A stretch of 63,651 nucleotides of DNA, filler included, from Vannella sp. (taxonomy: Eukaryota), in NCBI GenBank assembly GCA_023345925.1. It is 8 parts of 8 records of this genome, joined end to end, with 100 filler letters (N's around TTAATTAATTAA, not from the genome) between each part and the next. Parts side by side here need not be neighbours in the genome. Positions count along the whole stretch, not along the records: positions 51,882 to 59,893 come from JAJQQN010000518.1; positions 59,994 to 63,651 come from JAJQQN010000368.1; 6 more parts are not named here. One strand, 5' to 3'. The notes below the pieces were generated by a model. The model did no database searches. It was given only the letters and a program-made list of their open reading frames with translations, and was not told where the DNA came from. Both the position numbers and the translations under genes were made by a program. Positions 51,882-63,651 of the stretch are shown in pieces (the stretch's first letter is position 1; the number at the start of each line of letters is the position of its first letter).

Positions 51882-52966
51882 ACAGAGCAGCAATCCAGAT
51901 TAGGAAGCGACAACGCCTCTTCTATGTCACGTGTAAAGCGGCGAGAGACTTGGATGGACCTGGCGGAAGTAGAAGCAGTTGCAATGGAACTTCCGATTGC
52001 CATGCTGAACCTAAATTGAAGTCTCTCGAGCTTCTGAAGTACTTGAGAATACTTCTTCTCGCTTTCTTCTAGAGAAGAAGCTACAATGACCAGTTCCACA
52101 CCGGAATAGTGAGGAATCCGATCGAATGACGCTAAAAGCCCTTTCTTCAAAGCCGCTCTCCCGTCGCCAAGGTACTCGAGAATCTCTTCTTGAAGCTCGA
52201 CCGGAAGATTCGTTGCTGAAGCCAGAGACTGCTTTGCGGCTTGGAAGCTCTCCCATTGACGTTGAGCTTTCCTATGAAGATTTCTATTACGTGTGAGACA
52301 TAAGCAGGTTGCTTCCCCGCCCAAGAGGACATCAGGAGCGAGCAACTCTCGCAAATCGATTCCGGCGAAGTATTCCAGGTTCAGTTCGAATGCTTCAAGG
52401 GAGTGGACGATAGAAAGTTCACTTCTGTTCGCCTCTTTGCTTTGAGTTCCACATCGAAGATCAACATCAGAGAAATCTGGACTTATGCATCGAAGATGAA
52501 CATCAGAGAACTCTGGACTTATGCAGATTGTTACGGAACGAGTGTCGATTCGGTCACTCCGTTGGAAGAGAAGACGGGCATTACCATCTACATCAAAAGC
52601 CGAATGAATGGGATAAGCAGCTTCAGATTTCTCGGTGGGGAAAGAACCAGGGAAAATGGACTCCTCTTTGAAGCTTAGGTTTCGAGGAAGGTAGCACTTG
52701 CGGACGTTCCTTTCCATGAATGTGAACGGAAAACTTGTGCATGGCAAGGACAATTCGGTGTTTACATGGGTGGCGATCATGGTCGAGACCAACGGGAAGG
52801 AGCAGAAGGTTAGAAGGCGACTTGGGAAGTCGCCGCGGATCATCAGAACCCAGATCCTCGATTCCATCCCATTCCACACCCTCTTCTCCCACAAAGTCCA
52901 GCCTAGGGATGACCCCCATTTGCCAGAAAAATGGATCTTGACGGGACAAAGTGCCCAAACCTCCAT
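51882..52966 (-). CDS. Hypothetical protein with an internal F-box-like motif; 3' truncated, start uncertain
   Basis: Long open frame containing TNLPVELQEEILEYL and an in-frame 12-aa duplication. Confidence 0.5.
52452..52525. repeat. 36-bp tandem duplication (2 copies, 2 mismatches)
   Basis: CATCGAAGAT(C/G)AACATCAGAGAA(A/C)TCTGGACTTATG x2, encoding CISPEFSDVHLR / CISPDFSDVDLR. Confidence 0.95.
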
Positions 52967-53099
52967 GACACCAGAAACTGAATTCCCCTTCTCTTCCCCT
53001 TTTCAATCCACTTTACTTCCCCTTTCAATCAATTTGACTTCCCTTCCTCCAAACCCCGAGAGAGCTGCACCTCCATCGCCTCGAAAATGAGCACGCCTC

Positions 53100-53211
53100 G
53101 CATTTCACCCTCCACCAGGCGCATTTCACCCTCCACTAGGAGCATTTCACCTAAAGGGGAAATGTGGTTTCCCTCAACATTCAACCGGAGTTGACGTCAG
53201 GTGAAATGCTC
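53100..53211. repeat. 21-bp-period array of GCATTTCACC (3 direct copies plus 1 inverted)
   Basis: Copies start at 53100, 53121 and 53142. The inverted copy GGTGAAATGC at 53200-53209 abuts TGACGTCA (53192-53199). Confidence 0.9.
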
Positions 53212-53268
53212 TTCTCTGGAAAGCAATTTTGTCAACATAGTGGCATTCTTTGTTGTCCCCCTCTGCGC

Positions 53269-55020
53269 ATGGGCGCTTTGAGTGCTTTGGGCGTGTGGGC
53301 TGTTCCGATAGCGGTTCATTGGTACAAGTGCGCGAATGGGCCGCCTTTACACTGGGGGTTTGATGAGAAAGGTACGTTACGGTATCTGGAGAGCCAAACA
53401 GGGCCTCAGGGATCGTTTCGAGTAGCAGTTCCCGTCTTTGTCTTGACCCGGCGGGAAAGCATTGATCAGATCTTCTGTGCCATTCTGGCACAGGATCCGA
53501 GCCTTCCTAGAGTGTGCAGCATCGATGCAGAGTGGAAGCCCAACCAGATAAAGGGAGAACCGCCCAATCCCGTTGCACTTCTGCAAGTTGCTGTCCCCAA
53601 CGCCGTTTACATCATCCAGTTGCTCCACCTTGAAGGAGACTTACCTGATTCACTCCGTACCTTCCTCAGTGACCCCTCCTATATGAAGGTTGGGGTTGGA
53701 ATCATTCCGGATGCCAAGAAGCTCGCCCGGGATCACACTTTGGAGCTTCGAGGTTGTGTTGAATTGAGTAACCTGGCAACAAGAGTAGCTCCCGAGCACA
53801 CAGGAGGCTCAGGCCTCAAGTCTTTGACTTCCTACTTCGCCCGTCTCTCCATGCCGAAGAGCAAACAAACTCAGCTTAGTGACTGGTCCGTGCCAGTCCT
53901 CTCTGAACAGCAGCGTTACTATGCAGCCGCTGATGCCTGGGCTGGCCTCCTTGTTTTCGAGCGCCTTCTTCACCTCCATCTGGGGAGCCGCGAGCTGAAG
54001 CTTTCAACAGCGAACTGGTGGAAGCTTCCTTCTCACGTTCCAGCAATCTCGCAGCTTACTGACGACCTGCGAGATTGCAAGGCATTCAATAAGACAGACA
54101 AAGGCACTACCAGCGAGACAAAGATCAAAGGCAAGGGCAAAGGGACTAATCCCAACCGTCCTCTTTTTAATGAGGACGCTTGCAGGAAGAGTCCTTTGTA
54201 TGATGGGTGCCAAATGATAGCCCCTGACGGTACTCACATATCCTACTGCAATAAGGACAAGGTTCAATGGTATTTGGAGAAGGAAATAGCTGACCTTGTT
54301 CCTGGGAGTGACCCAATGGTCATCAAGCTCCGCTTCTTCCCCAGTGGAGCAACAGGCTCAGAAGCTGTAGGATTTAGGGCGTCAGAAACAACCTCTGGAT
54401 CACCCGATACGGTCAATCGTTGCGTCATTTGCGGAGGTGAGAACAGCTATCAGAGATTCTTAGTCGTCCCTCGCTGCTACAGGCTGCACTTTCCTGCCAA
54501 CGCAAAGTTTCACTGCTCTCACGACATTGTTTTGCTGTGTCCAAGCTGTCATTTTCGCGCCTCAGCCGCTACGAATCTCTTCAAAGACAAGATTGCTGAA
54601 CGTTATGACGTTCCTGTGTCTGGGGTTGGTCCAAGATTTGTCTACGATCATTGGATTACCTCTGTCTTCACTGCAGCGCGTGAATTGAAGCGAGGTAAGG
54701 GTACTCTGAGTCCACAGGAAAGAGAGCAAAGATTACAGATCCTCCGGGACCACTTCAAGGCAGAGGAGGTGACAGAGGAAATGGTATCTAAGGCAGCTAG
54801 TCTTTGTTCCCGGGCCCAGAATCCTTCTTATCAACCGCACGGAGAAGCTGTAGTGGCTATACTGCTGCAAGATCCTGCGGAGCTTCAGCATTTTGTTTTT
54901 CTTTGGCGGAAGTACTTTGAAGAGACTCTTCAACCAAAGTTCCTTCCTCCTTACTGGGACCCCAATCATGAATGGGAGGAGCAGCATGGCTCTGGCATAC
55001 GAGCCACACCAATCTTCTAA
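53269..55020 (+). CDS. EXD2: EXD2-like 3'-5' exonuclease (DEDDy plus HNH-like C-terminal domain)
   Basis: SIDAEW, KVGVGIIPDAKKL, QLSDWS..YAAADA; RKSPLYDGCQMIAPDG, WYLEK, NRCVICG and SHDIVLLCPSCH. Confidence 0.92.
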   Translation: MGALSALGVWAVPIAVHWYKCANGPPLHWGFDEKGTLRYLESQTGPQGSFRVAVPVFVLTRRESIDQIFCAILAQDPSLPRVCSIDAEWKPNQIKGEPPNPVALLQVAVPNAVYIIQLLHLEGDLPDSLRTFLSDPSYMKVGVGIIPDAKKLARDHTLELRGCVELSNLATRVAPEHTGGSGLKSLTSYFARLSMPKSKQTQLSDWSVPVLSEQQRYYAAADAWAGLLVFERLLHLHLGSRELKLSTANWWKLPSHVPAISQLTDDLRDCKAFNKTDKGTTSETKIKGKGKGTNPNRPLFNEDACRKSPLYDGCQMIAPDGTHISYCNKDKVQWYLEKEIADLVPGSDPMVIKLRFFPSGATGSEAVGFRASETTSGSPDTVNRCVICGGENSYQRFLVVPRCYRLHFPANAKFHCSHDIVLLCPSCHFRASAATNLFKDKIAERYDVPVSGVGPRFVYDHWITSVFTAARELKRGKGTLSPQEREQRLQILRDHFKAEEVTEEMVSKAASLCSRAQNPSYQPHGEAVVAILLQDPAELQHFVFLWRKYFEETLQPKFLPPYWDPNHEWEEQHGSGIRATPIF

Positions 55021-55075
55021 ATGACTTGGACTAATCAGTCTTATGGGACGTCCCAAAGTGCAAAGACTTTTGGCT

Positions 55076-58000
55076 TTATTCGATCGTCTTGGAGGGAGGG
55101 AGAGAGAGATTCTTTAATCTATCCAAGCGCACAATCACTTCAGAGAAAGAGGGACGAAGAGGAGCGTTTTCATCCCAGCAATCTTGGATCAAAAGTTGGA
55201 GTGGAGCCGGCAGCGCGCCCATGGCCGGACGAAGACCTTCCGAGATGATCTTGTACATGAGTTGTGCCTGGTTGAGAGGTAAATCACTGTAAGGAATGTT
55301 GCCAGAGTAGATCTCAAGAAGGAGAACAGCGAAGGAGTAAACGTCTGCTTTGGTGGAGTATTTGTCTTTGGTAAGCACTTCTGGCGCCATGTAAACTGGC
55401 GTACCAATGCAGGTCATCTTTGTTGTGTGGCCACTGATGGTGCTGATACCAAAGTCCGCGACTTTACATTCCCATTTCTCGTTGACCAAGAGATTCTGCG
55501 GTTTCAGATCTCGATGAATCAGATTGACAGAGTGCAAGTATTCCATTCCTTTTGCTGCATCTTTGGCAAGTTTCCAGCGCAGTTGCCAGTCAAGGTTTTG
55601 CCCTTTCCGATCGATAACGTCGCGAAGATTTCCGCGATGCATCAGCTCTGTCACCAAGTAAAGATTGGTCCCTCCAGGAGCGACACATATCCCTAAGAAC
55701 TCGGCAACATTCGGGTGCTTCAGCAAACTCATCAACTTGATCTCTGACAGAAACTCTTGTAAAGCTTCGTTACCCAAGTCATCAAAAGAGAGGAGAAGCT
55801 CCTTCACTGCCACTTCACGAGGAATGAGGCTTTCTGGAAGGGTCCATAAAGCCTTGTGAACCACACCCGAGGCTCCAACTCCGAGCCGTTCCAACAGTTG
55901 GAGATCAGAAAAAGGGATTTGGACAATAGACGGATCGAACAGGATATCTGGTTGTACATTTGTTAGCTCCTGTCGCAATAAGAAACAGACTTTTACCTTC
56001 TAAGGAGACTTGTGGCTTTCCATCTTGGAAATCAAGAATCTCTCTGCGCGTGAGAAGGTACATGGCACGCTGGCGTCTGTAACGCACTGTTGACACGATC
56101 AATACGATTCCAAAGATGCAAGCGATGACTGAAAGAAGCACAGCGATGACAATCTCCAAGATGTTTGTGGTAGAAAACTTGGGAGGGGGCACTTTTCATA
56201 ATGATTAGTCTAAAGGCTCAACAGTAAGAAGGATGACTTACCATAGGCACAAGTATCTTCCGCAATTCCAACTAATACTTCGTAGTTGGGAGGACAGTCA
56301 TTCATCTCCACATAGCATCCAAGCAAGGGAACGTTGTTTGTAGTATTCGATCTGGTCACCAGCAGAAGGCTGCAGTCTGTTCCATTCTTTCCTTGCAGCG
56401 CAATGCTGTTGAACTTGGCTTCTCCAGTCTCAGTTTCGTAGATTGCATTTGGGGAATCGTCGTCAGCAATCCAGCAAGGCTCGTCCTGCTTTGCATAGAG
56501 CCGGGCAACAAAATTGTACTTCTCAAGCAGCGGACCTCGCACTCGAGTCTGGAACGCGTCGGTCATGACCAATGAGATGCCAAAATGTGGCTGATTCAAG
56601 GTCAGAGTTGAGGGGCACGTTTCAACAAAGCTTGAGAGGACGGGCATTGTTGCAAATCCTTCCGTGGTGGCATACCCGACAGGATTCTGCATGCCAGGAG
56701 CTCCAAAGCTGCATTGGAAGCAAAAGTACGAAGAGTTTGCCGAGGTTGGAGGAAGCTCGCCATCCCATGTTGCAGGAGGAAGCGACCAGGCAGCGTTGTA
56801 TCCTCCAAATACTCCCGAATTTCCCTCAAACGAAGATCCGGACATCCACTGACGGAGGGAAGGGCTTAAATTGGACAAACTTCCCACAAACACTCCTCCG
56901 CCCAGTCCGTTTGCAACATTGTTGTGAATTGTGGCATTTCGGAAAGTAACAGAAGGAAGATGGTAAGCGGCATAATAGATTCCTCCTCCATACTTGGATG
57001 CTCGATTGAAGGAGATGTTGCAGCTGTCAAATGAAGTCCATCCGAAGCGCCTATCAAAGCCAATAGTCTCATCCCGATCAGCTTCAAAAATACTGCCAAT
57101 GTTGGGAGTCTCGATTTGAAGGTAAAGGCCTGCTCCCAGAAAGGCCTCATTTGAAAGGATGGAGCAATTGACACAGATGGAGCTATTCAGGAAGGAGAAA
57201 ATTTCCCCTTCAATGAACATCCCTCCTCCAGACGGTGCATGGTTCTCTGTGATCTCAAGATTGGACAAAGCGAGATGAGCTCCTTGGTAATAGATACCAC
57301 CGCCAGCAACGGATGCATGGTTGTTCATAAAGTGGCTGTTCGAGAAAGCTCCTTTTGAGAAAGTACCAGAATACAATCCTCCCCCGCCTGCTGCAGAGTT
57401 ATTGTAAAAGGTGCAGCGGTCAAGATTTACGATCACTTGATCTCTAATGATCATCCCACCTCCTTGCTCGTTCGCAGTATTGCCAGTGAGATGAATATCT
57501 TGAATGTCTGGAGTGCTGAGTCCAGCAAGGGTAATGCAGCCCCCTTCTCCTCCAGAGTGATTGTCCTCGCAAGTGAGAGATTCAATGATAGCTCTTGAGG
57601 TTCCGCCAACGTAAATCGCTCCGCCTGAAGTGGATGCGTTGTTCTTTCTGAAGGTACATCCAATGACAGGGGCCCACTCAGATATGATGTGAAGAGCCCC
57701 TCCTACGGGTGCTGTGTTCTCTTCGAAAACACACTTGTTGATGACAACTTGAGTGAAGTCAATGATTGACATCGCTCCTCCTGATCCAATGACAGCCTGA
57801 TTCTTCACAAAGGAGCAGTTGTTGAGGAACGCAAAGGCACGAACACACGCATGTAATGCTCCTGCTCCGGATTGCGCAGCGTTTTCAGAAAACAAACATT
57901 CATCAAACGTTGGAAACACAGAATCTGTGAGGTACAAAGCTCCTCCTCCCGTTGCATTATTCTTGGAGAAGGTGCAGCGAATGAATCGTGGAGTACAAGT

Positions 58001-59879
58001 ATTCACAAAGGATGCAGCCCCGCCATAGCCACCAGCTGTGTTGCTTTCCAAAGTTGTGTCTTCAATGTGAGCGGATGACTCAGAATCAAAGCTGATGGCT
58101 CCTCCAGCACCCTTTGCATAATTCGATCTAAAAAAGGATTGCTGGATAACCGCATAACTCATTCCTGTTAGGTCAAGCGCTCCGCCTCCATTGGACGAGT
58201 TATTGTTGGTGAACTGGCATCCAATGAATGTGAAGTTGGCAGAATCAGCAATCCCAATTGCTCCTCCGTGTCCCTTGGCCCTGCTCCCGTCAAAGGAACA
58301 GTTCTTGAATTCTGCAGCTGCGTTTCCATCTCCGAAGACGCATCCACCAATATTGGCTACGTTTGAGTGGAATACAGTGTTGGACCAAGTGGAAGTTGCC
58401 GAAGCTCCGAGATAAGCCACTCCTCCTTGAATTGCTGTGTTATTCCTGAAGACGCAGTCTCGAATGTCCACTGTACCCAAAACATGCAAACAACCTCCAG
58501 ACTGTGGGGACGCGTTATCCAGAAAAGAGACGCCCTCAATGGTTCCAAAAGCATTCACAACCGAAAGGCAGCCTCTTGGACCCGTAGCAGAGGTTTCCGA
58601 GATGATTGAGTCTCTGATGGTGAAGAAGCCGTCAGTAAAAAGGCCTATTTGGCTGTTGGCATTGCCATGGAAAGTGCAATTCTCCACTAGTAGATCATGG
58701 TCCCCACTAGCCTGGATTAAGGTCGTGTTGGTGTTTGAAGAAAAGGAGGAACTCTGAACGGTAACGTTTGAAGAAAGCGATTCAATGCAAGTTAAAGCAG
58801 CAAATGATCCTCCACTGTTTTGATAAAAGCGAGAGTTCATAATGGAAGCCGAGCTGGTCGCACCAAAAGAGAGCAAAGACGCCTTGGATTTTCCGTTCTG
58901 GAAGAAAGAGTTTGCGATGATCACTTCACTCTTAGCCAAGTTCCCTGGGCTGGATGCCAATTCTTCAACAGATCGAATCAGATTGGAATCCGTCTTTGTA
59001 AGATCAAAAGACAGAAGAGTGCAGGAATCCATGAAGAAGCTTCCTTGCAAATCAAAGATAGCGAGGGCCCCTGTGCCAAGTGTCTGATCCTCAATCAAGC
59101 TTGATCCAATCTTTGGTGGTGTCAGAACCACTGGCAAGAGAGGAACACATTGCGATACCAACCTTGACCGGCCCTCTCCCTTTCGAGGAAATGAGAGTTC
59201 CACTGTTGGACAGGAACTGAGACGCCAAGACTGACAGTGATGCTCCGCCATCACCAAAGAGGAAAGGGCTCGATGTTCCTCTGACAATCAAGTCCACTGC
59301 TTTGAACTCCGCTGAAAGGCTCCTTCATCAGAGAAAGTCACAAAGAGGCATCTAAAGGAGGATCTTACCTGGCCCTGAGACACTGAAAAGAGGCGTTCTT
59401 TCTCTTTCTAGAGCTGGTGTGGCTTCTGAAAGCACCGTGAACCCCTGGATCGTGACAGTAGAGGGGGAGGAGGATGCAATGGCGAGGAAGGAAGCTGAGG
59501 AAATGAACAACGATGTATCATTCGGTCCGGATCTTGCTCTGAAAGGGATGAGTATGGCCCTACAGCCCTCTCCCGAGGATACGTACTCGATGACAAGGGC
59601 GATGCCTGTAGCGTTCCATTGGAGGCCAGAGTTAGCGCTTCCGGTGTAGTTTCCAGGTTCACAGAGAACTTTGACCGCAGTTCCACTTTCCTGCTGCGAC
59701 GAGATCTCCACAGCTGCCTTCAAAGACGGGCAAGGGCACTCCTTTGCTCCACAAACCGGGTTGGAGCAAGTAGAAGATGAGTCAGTGTAAACTACAACCT
59801 CTGTCCCCATCACGTCCCCAGCCAACACACAGATCCCCGCGATAGCCAGGAACATCGCCAGGGACGGCATCATCCTCAT
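55076..59879 (-). CDS. Receptor-like TKL kinase with an extracellular PMP-like right-handed beta-helix (multi-exon)
   Basis: Signal peptide; many FxxN..GGA(I/L) repeats; TM helix ILEIVIAVLLSVIACIFGIVLIV followed by RYRRQR; kinase motifs LGVGASG, VAVK, HRDLKPQN, DFG and GTPVYMAPE. Confidence 0.92.
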
Positions 59880-59893
59880 CGACCTTCAAGGGG

Positions 59894-59993
59894 NNNNNNN
59901 NNNNNNNNNNNNNNNNNNNNNNNNNNNNNNNNNNNNNTTAATTAATTAANNNNNNNNNNNNNNNNNNNNNNNNNNNNNNNNNNNNNNNNNNNN
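59894..59993. other. Artificial contig linker
   Basis: N44-TTAATTAATTAA-N44. Confidence 0.99.
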
Positions 59994-62154
59994 AAAGGAG
60001 TCGGTTCGCTCTGAATTTGAATATCTCCCATCGCGAAGACGATAGACAAGCTCTCAAGATCCTCCTCTTGTTTAGGCACGACAATTGAGAGTGATTTGGC
60101 AAGAAAATCAATTTCGAGCGGCAAGCTGGCGTTGTAAAGGATTCGATTGGCCCTTCGCTGAGTCTGGCGTCTAGCTTCCTGAAGCTGTATAAAGAAAGCT
60201 AACTCAAAATCTTTTCTAGAGTTTGCAGCTACAATCGGACGGAAGAAATGAATGATTCCTCCAAAGAAGGAAGAAACGAGAATCACTTGAACGCACTGAA
60301 GATTAGCGCAAACTTTCAATTGATTACCTCCTTGTGAATGAGACAACAAAATTCGGGAAGAAAAAAGAGGTTGGTCACAGTCAGATCCAGGCGAAGCGTG
60401 GATGAGTTGGCGAGGTTGACTCCGAGTTTGATCAAGGAGAACACAGTTTCCAATAGTCAGAGCAAAGCTACTCATCTCTTGGCTCATCAATAACGTTCCT
60501 TCACAATTGCTTAAAGACAGGTTACTTAGAGGTAACCTTTCCTTTGCGTTCAGCTGAAATGAGATCTGACCAAATTTCACTTCCAGTTGATACCTGACGC
60601 GCTAATTGCGATTAGAAAAGAAACAAATTGAAGAAAGGGGTGCTACCTTTGGACTAACGATGGAAGATTTCAGGAATGAGGTGGCCTTCTTCCGGCCAAG
60701 TGCAAAGAATGACTTGACTTTGTTTTGCGTCTTCTTTTCACGTTGGCACATCTCTTTAGATACTTTGTCCATGGCAATCTCTCGGAAGAGGATAATGTCT
60801 TCGAAACTGTGAAGCATCTCAATCTTATGAAGGGCTTCAGTCTGCTCAGCGGTCTTTAAAAGATTAGATAAGAACATTTGGATGAAGGAATACATACCAG
60901 CTTGTTTTTGGTGACAGTAACCATCTTTGACCTATAATAAAGCTCGGTATAGATCTTTCTGTGTCTTATGAAGTTGGCTGTACTCTTCCAAGTAGGATTC
61001 CTGCACTTTTGGCGCATTCCAAGAAAGAGATATCTCCACCACTCCTTGGGGGTATTGATGTAGCTTTGTGAGGGCCTTCCTAAGCCTAAGAACGGACAGG
61101 ATTTGGAGTACTGATGAAACTGCTCCAAAATTGATTGAATCTCGTGGTATTGGCGTTGGCTGAGAAACATCTTCACCACCGGCACTTCGCAGGATATCTT
61201 CACCTTTGGCATGGAACCTTCAGCATCTATCAAGCTTTGGTTCCATTGAGTAAAGATCTCTCCACTAAAGGGAGCAACCAAGTAGTCGATGACAGAGATA
61301 GCCCGCCCTTCTTTACAAATCTTCTTTCAGTTAGTATACTATTAAGACCAAAGTGAAGACGGAGGCTATTACCTGGCCTTCCAAGAATGCTATCATATCT
61401 ACTGTAGTGGAAAGCACTGGAGAAGGGGAGAAGGAGTTCCAGTACACAGCAAACCGATGGAGGCTGGCTAACTTGTACAGGAAATCAGCATCTAACCGAG
61501 CCTTGCATGGCAAACGATTACAATCAACAGTATCAACTACAAGTTGATCCAAAGTCACTCCAAATGCGAAAGGCGAGACTCCTTCCCCTTGATACCGCAT
61601 ATGGACGTTCGAGATAGTCAATTGGAGGTTAGCAAAGATCTTTTTCGCTGTCTTTCCCACAAAGGATTCTTCTTCATCTTCAAAGGAAGCAGGGCGGTCG
61701 TTCATCTCGGCAAGTTGAAGAAGGCGCTGTTTGGTTTGACGAAGCTTTTCTTGAACTTGAGCGGGTGTAAGCTGTTTCTAGAGATGTAAGAAGAAAGAGG
61801 TTGACAGATTATACGTACGTGGGAAGATTGGCGGGGTCCAGCTAGAAGATAGACACCCGAAATCTCGATGATGGTCGGTTTCGCGCCTAAATCAAACCAA
61901 GGAATGGAGACTCTCATGCGCTGTAAGCAACCTACGCTAAGTAAGTATCAAGTGCGTATGTAGGACAAAGTGACCCAACCTGAATGCATCGTGACAGGGA
62001 GCTCGAGGTCATCCAAGACTTCGGCGCGCAATCGGAGGTCGTTCAGCACAAGATTGCCGTCCTTTACACTCAACGCCAAGTTCTCCTCTTCCAGACCTTC
62101 AACATATCGACCCAGGTACTTGCTAAGCAGAGTAGCCACAACCTTCTTCAACAT
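59994..62154 (-). CDS. VPS13: VPS13-family lipid transfer protein, N-terminal (chorein) part; truncated
   Basis: MLKKVVATLLSKYLGRYVEGLEEENL..GNLVLNDLRLR..LELPV, IPW, NLQLTISNVHMRY, FAFGVTL, AVYW and PKEWWRY. Confidence 0.9.
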
Positions 62155-62271
62155 TCACGACAGCCGCCTCCACTGAAGGGTAAATGGCAAATGCACCCTT
62201 TTTCTCATCTTCCCTTCACTGGTGGATTTCCTCCTGGCAAAAGGAACTTTATTAGAGTCAAGGTTGTGGGT

Positions 62272-63521
62272 TTAAAAGCCCTCTTGCATCTCTACCAAGA
62301 ACCTGGGCACAAATTAGTCACTCAAGGAAGAGGCAGAGACTCTCCTTGTCTGGAGGAATGGATTGGTTGTCCACTCACTTGAGCTGGAGACTCATAAAAT
62401 TAGCAACAAATCCTTCCAAATGGAAGATCTCCTTTGATCCCCCTTGCAAGCGATGCTCATAGAAAGCTGCCAAATGAGCGACGTCGGGCTTCAACTCAGA
62501 ATCCAGTTTCGGCAACAATTCCAAAGTCAATTGAGTCATTATTGTTTCCGCCGGAACGCAGTGCGATAGCAACTCATACAGGCTTGTTCTCACCTCCATC
62601 AATCTGTTTGTGAGACCCTTAGTAAGAGAGGCAGTCACTCAAAGGGCAAACGCACCGTTGCGGCGTTTGCTCGGCATGAATGCTGACAGCCATTTTGGCA
62701 ATGAACAGCTCCCATTCTGCTCGTGGAGGTTTCTGACCAAGTACAAAAGGGTATTGAAGGACTTTGGCTGCTTCAAAGGCAAGAAGAGCCCTTCTGAGGT
62801 TCCGATTAGCGTCCCGCGCGATCATGATGGCCAGGGGGGAGGGTAGAATGATCCCTTGCTTCTTTGCTACATCTGTAAGGATTGTAGTGATCTCGTTGTT
62901 GCTTGGTGCAGGCACTCGCATCACCAAACAACGAGAACGAAGCGGTTCGATGATCTTCGTTGTGGAAGTGCTGGTCAGGATGATCCGGCATCCCACTGTA
63001 CTCTTCTCCATAGTCCTACGCTGAACGAGAGTCAGAGGCTACACCATTTGCCGTACTCAGACACTCACAAGAGCGTGCTGGGCATTGCGAGAGAGACGAT
63101 CCACTTCATTGAGGACGATGATACGGAACGTACGCTTGCCAGAGATGTTGTCCGTGATGGGAACACTGGCTGCTATCTCCTTGATGACGCTTTGGACGAC
63201 GAGACTGTCGCGAGAGCCAGCATCGGCTGGGGTCAACTCGATGTGGTTGGCGGAGGAGAGAATGGTGAGCTCTACTGTGGCCTTTGGCTCTGTGAAGTTA
63301 AAGACCTTCTGTTGGGCCTTCACTTTCTCTGCAGATACACCGTAGAGTTCGCGTAGCAAGGCGAGGATTCGGGTCTTCTTTCCAGCTCCAGAGGGGCCGC
63401 AGAACATCAAGTGGGGGAGATCTCCACTTTCAGCCAGTCTCTTCAATCGTGTGTTGAGCCCTGTGTGCAGCTCCATCTTATCAAAGGAATGAGGACGGTA
63501 TTTATCAACCCACAACGCCAT
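62272..63521 (-). CDS. RFC3: Replication factor C subunit 3 (yeast Rfc5), multi-exon
   Basis: MALWVDKYRP, PHLMFCGPSGAGKKTRI, LRSRCL, RNLRRALL and YEHRLQGGSKEIFHLEGFVA. Spliced last exon FLVEMQEGF*. Confidence 0.95.
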
Positions 63522-63547
63522 CCTCGCCAGTCACCCAAAGAATGGGC

Positions 63548-63562
63548 TTTTCCCGCCCATTT
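63548..63562. promoter_or_regulatory. E2F-like site upstream of RFC3
   Basis: TTTTCCCGCCCATTT, identical to the reverse complement of 48283-48297 in the TK1 promoter. Confidence 0.65.
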
Positions 63563-63651
63563 CCAGACGCATCTCGAACTCGGCTCTGGCGTCGTCCTTT
63601 GGGAGAATTCCGCTTTGCTGTGGCTGGGGGAATAACGAAGAGGGGGTTTAG

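Noticed and set aside
52452..53211. CRISPR-like arrays
   Set aside because: Only 2-3 copies with no unique spacers, no cas genes and a eukaryotic context.
56210..59287. Chlamydial Pmp autotransporter or bacterial contamination
   Set aside because: There is no beta-barrel. The repeats are spliced to a TM helix and a eukaryotic TKL kinase, a known protist receptor-kinase architecture.
11106..59993. Recurrent TTAATTAATTAA palindrome as a biological repeat
   Set aside because: It is always centred in exactly 100 nt with N44 flanks, so it is a six-frame-stop contig linker.

Overview
Gene-dense eukaryotic (protist-like) nuclear DNA using the standard genetic code, with many short (~40-70 nt) GT-AG introns carrying CTRAC/CTAAC-like branch sites. 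The gene content (TKL kinases, a beta-helix receptor kinase, AP-4, a talin-F0-like RhoGEF) is compatible with an amoebozoan, but that is inference only. The window is NOT contiguous: eight contigs are joined by seven artificial 100-nt linkers (N44-TTAATTAATTAA-N44), so gene order is meaningful only within a contig. Most genes are housekeeping or signalling: AP4E1, RhoGEF, amine oxidase, DHHC, NAA60-like, EFTUD2, MRPL17, EFL1, LYAR, TK1, EXD2, VPS13, RFC3, and two tRNA genes (one truncated). The standout is a compact four-gene isoprenoid biosynthetic cluster at 26689-32216, wholly within one contig. It comprises a UbiA/MenA-family prenyltransferase or terpene cyclase, an FAD monooxygenase, a GGPP synthase with a Nudix/IDI-like N-terminal extension and a hydrophobic insert, and a UbiG-like methyltransferase. 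The genes form two head-to-head pairs and every enzyme has a predicted membrane segment. Other oddities: a PI3K-gamma p101-like protein, an inverted pair of acylated coiled-coil/EF-hand paralogs, an ankyrin-SDR fusion, a GAF-PH-TKL kinase, a pseudo-PNKP, a tandem RlaP-type nucleotidyltransferase, an intergenic fold-back hairpin, and shared E2F-like promoter motifs. All family assignments come from motif recognition by eye, with no database searches. CDS coordinates are gene spans including introns, and some ends are approximate.
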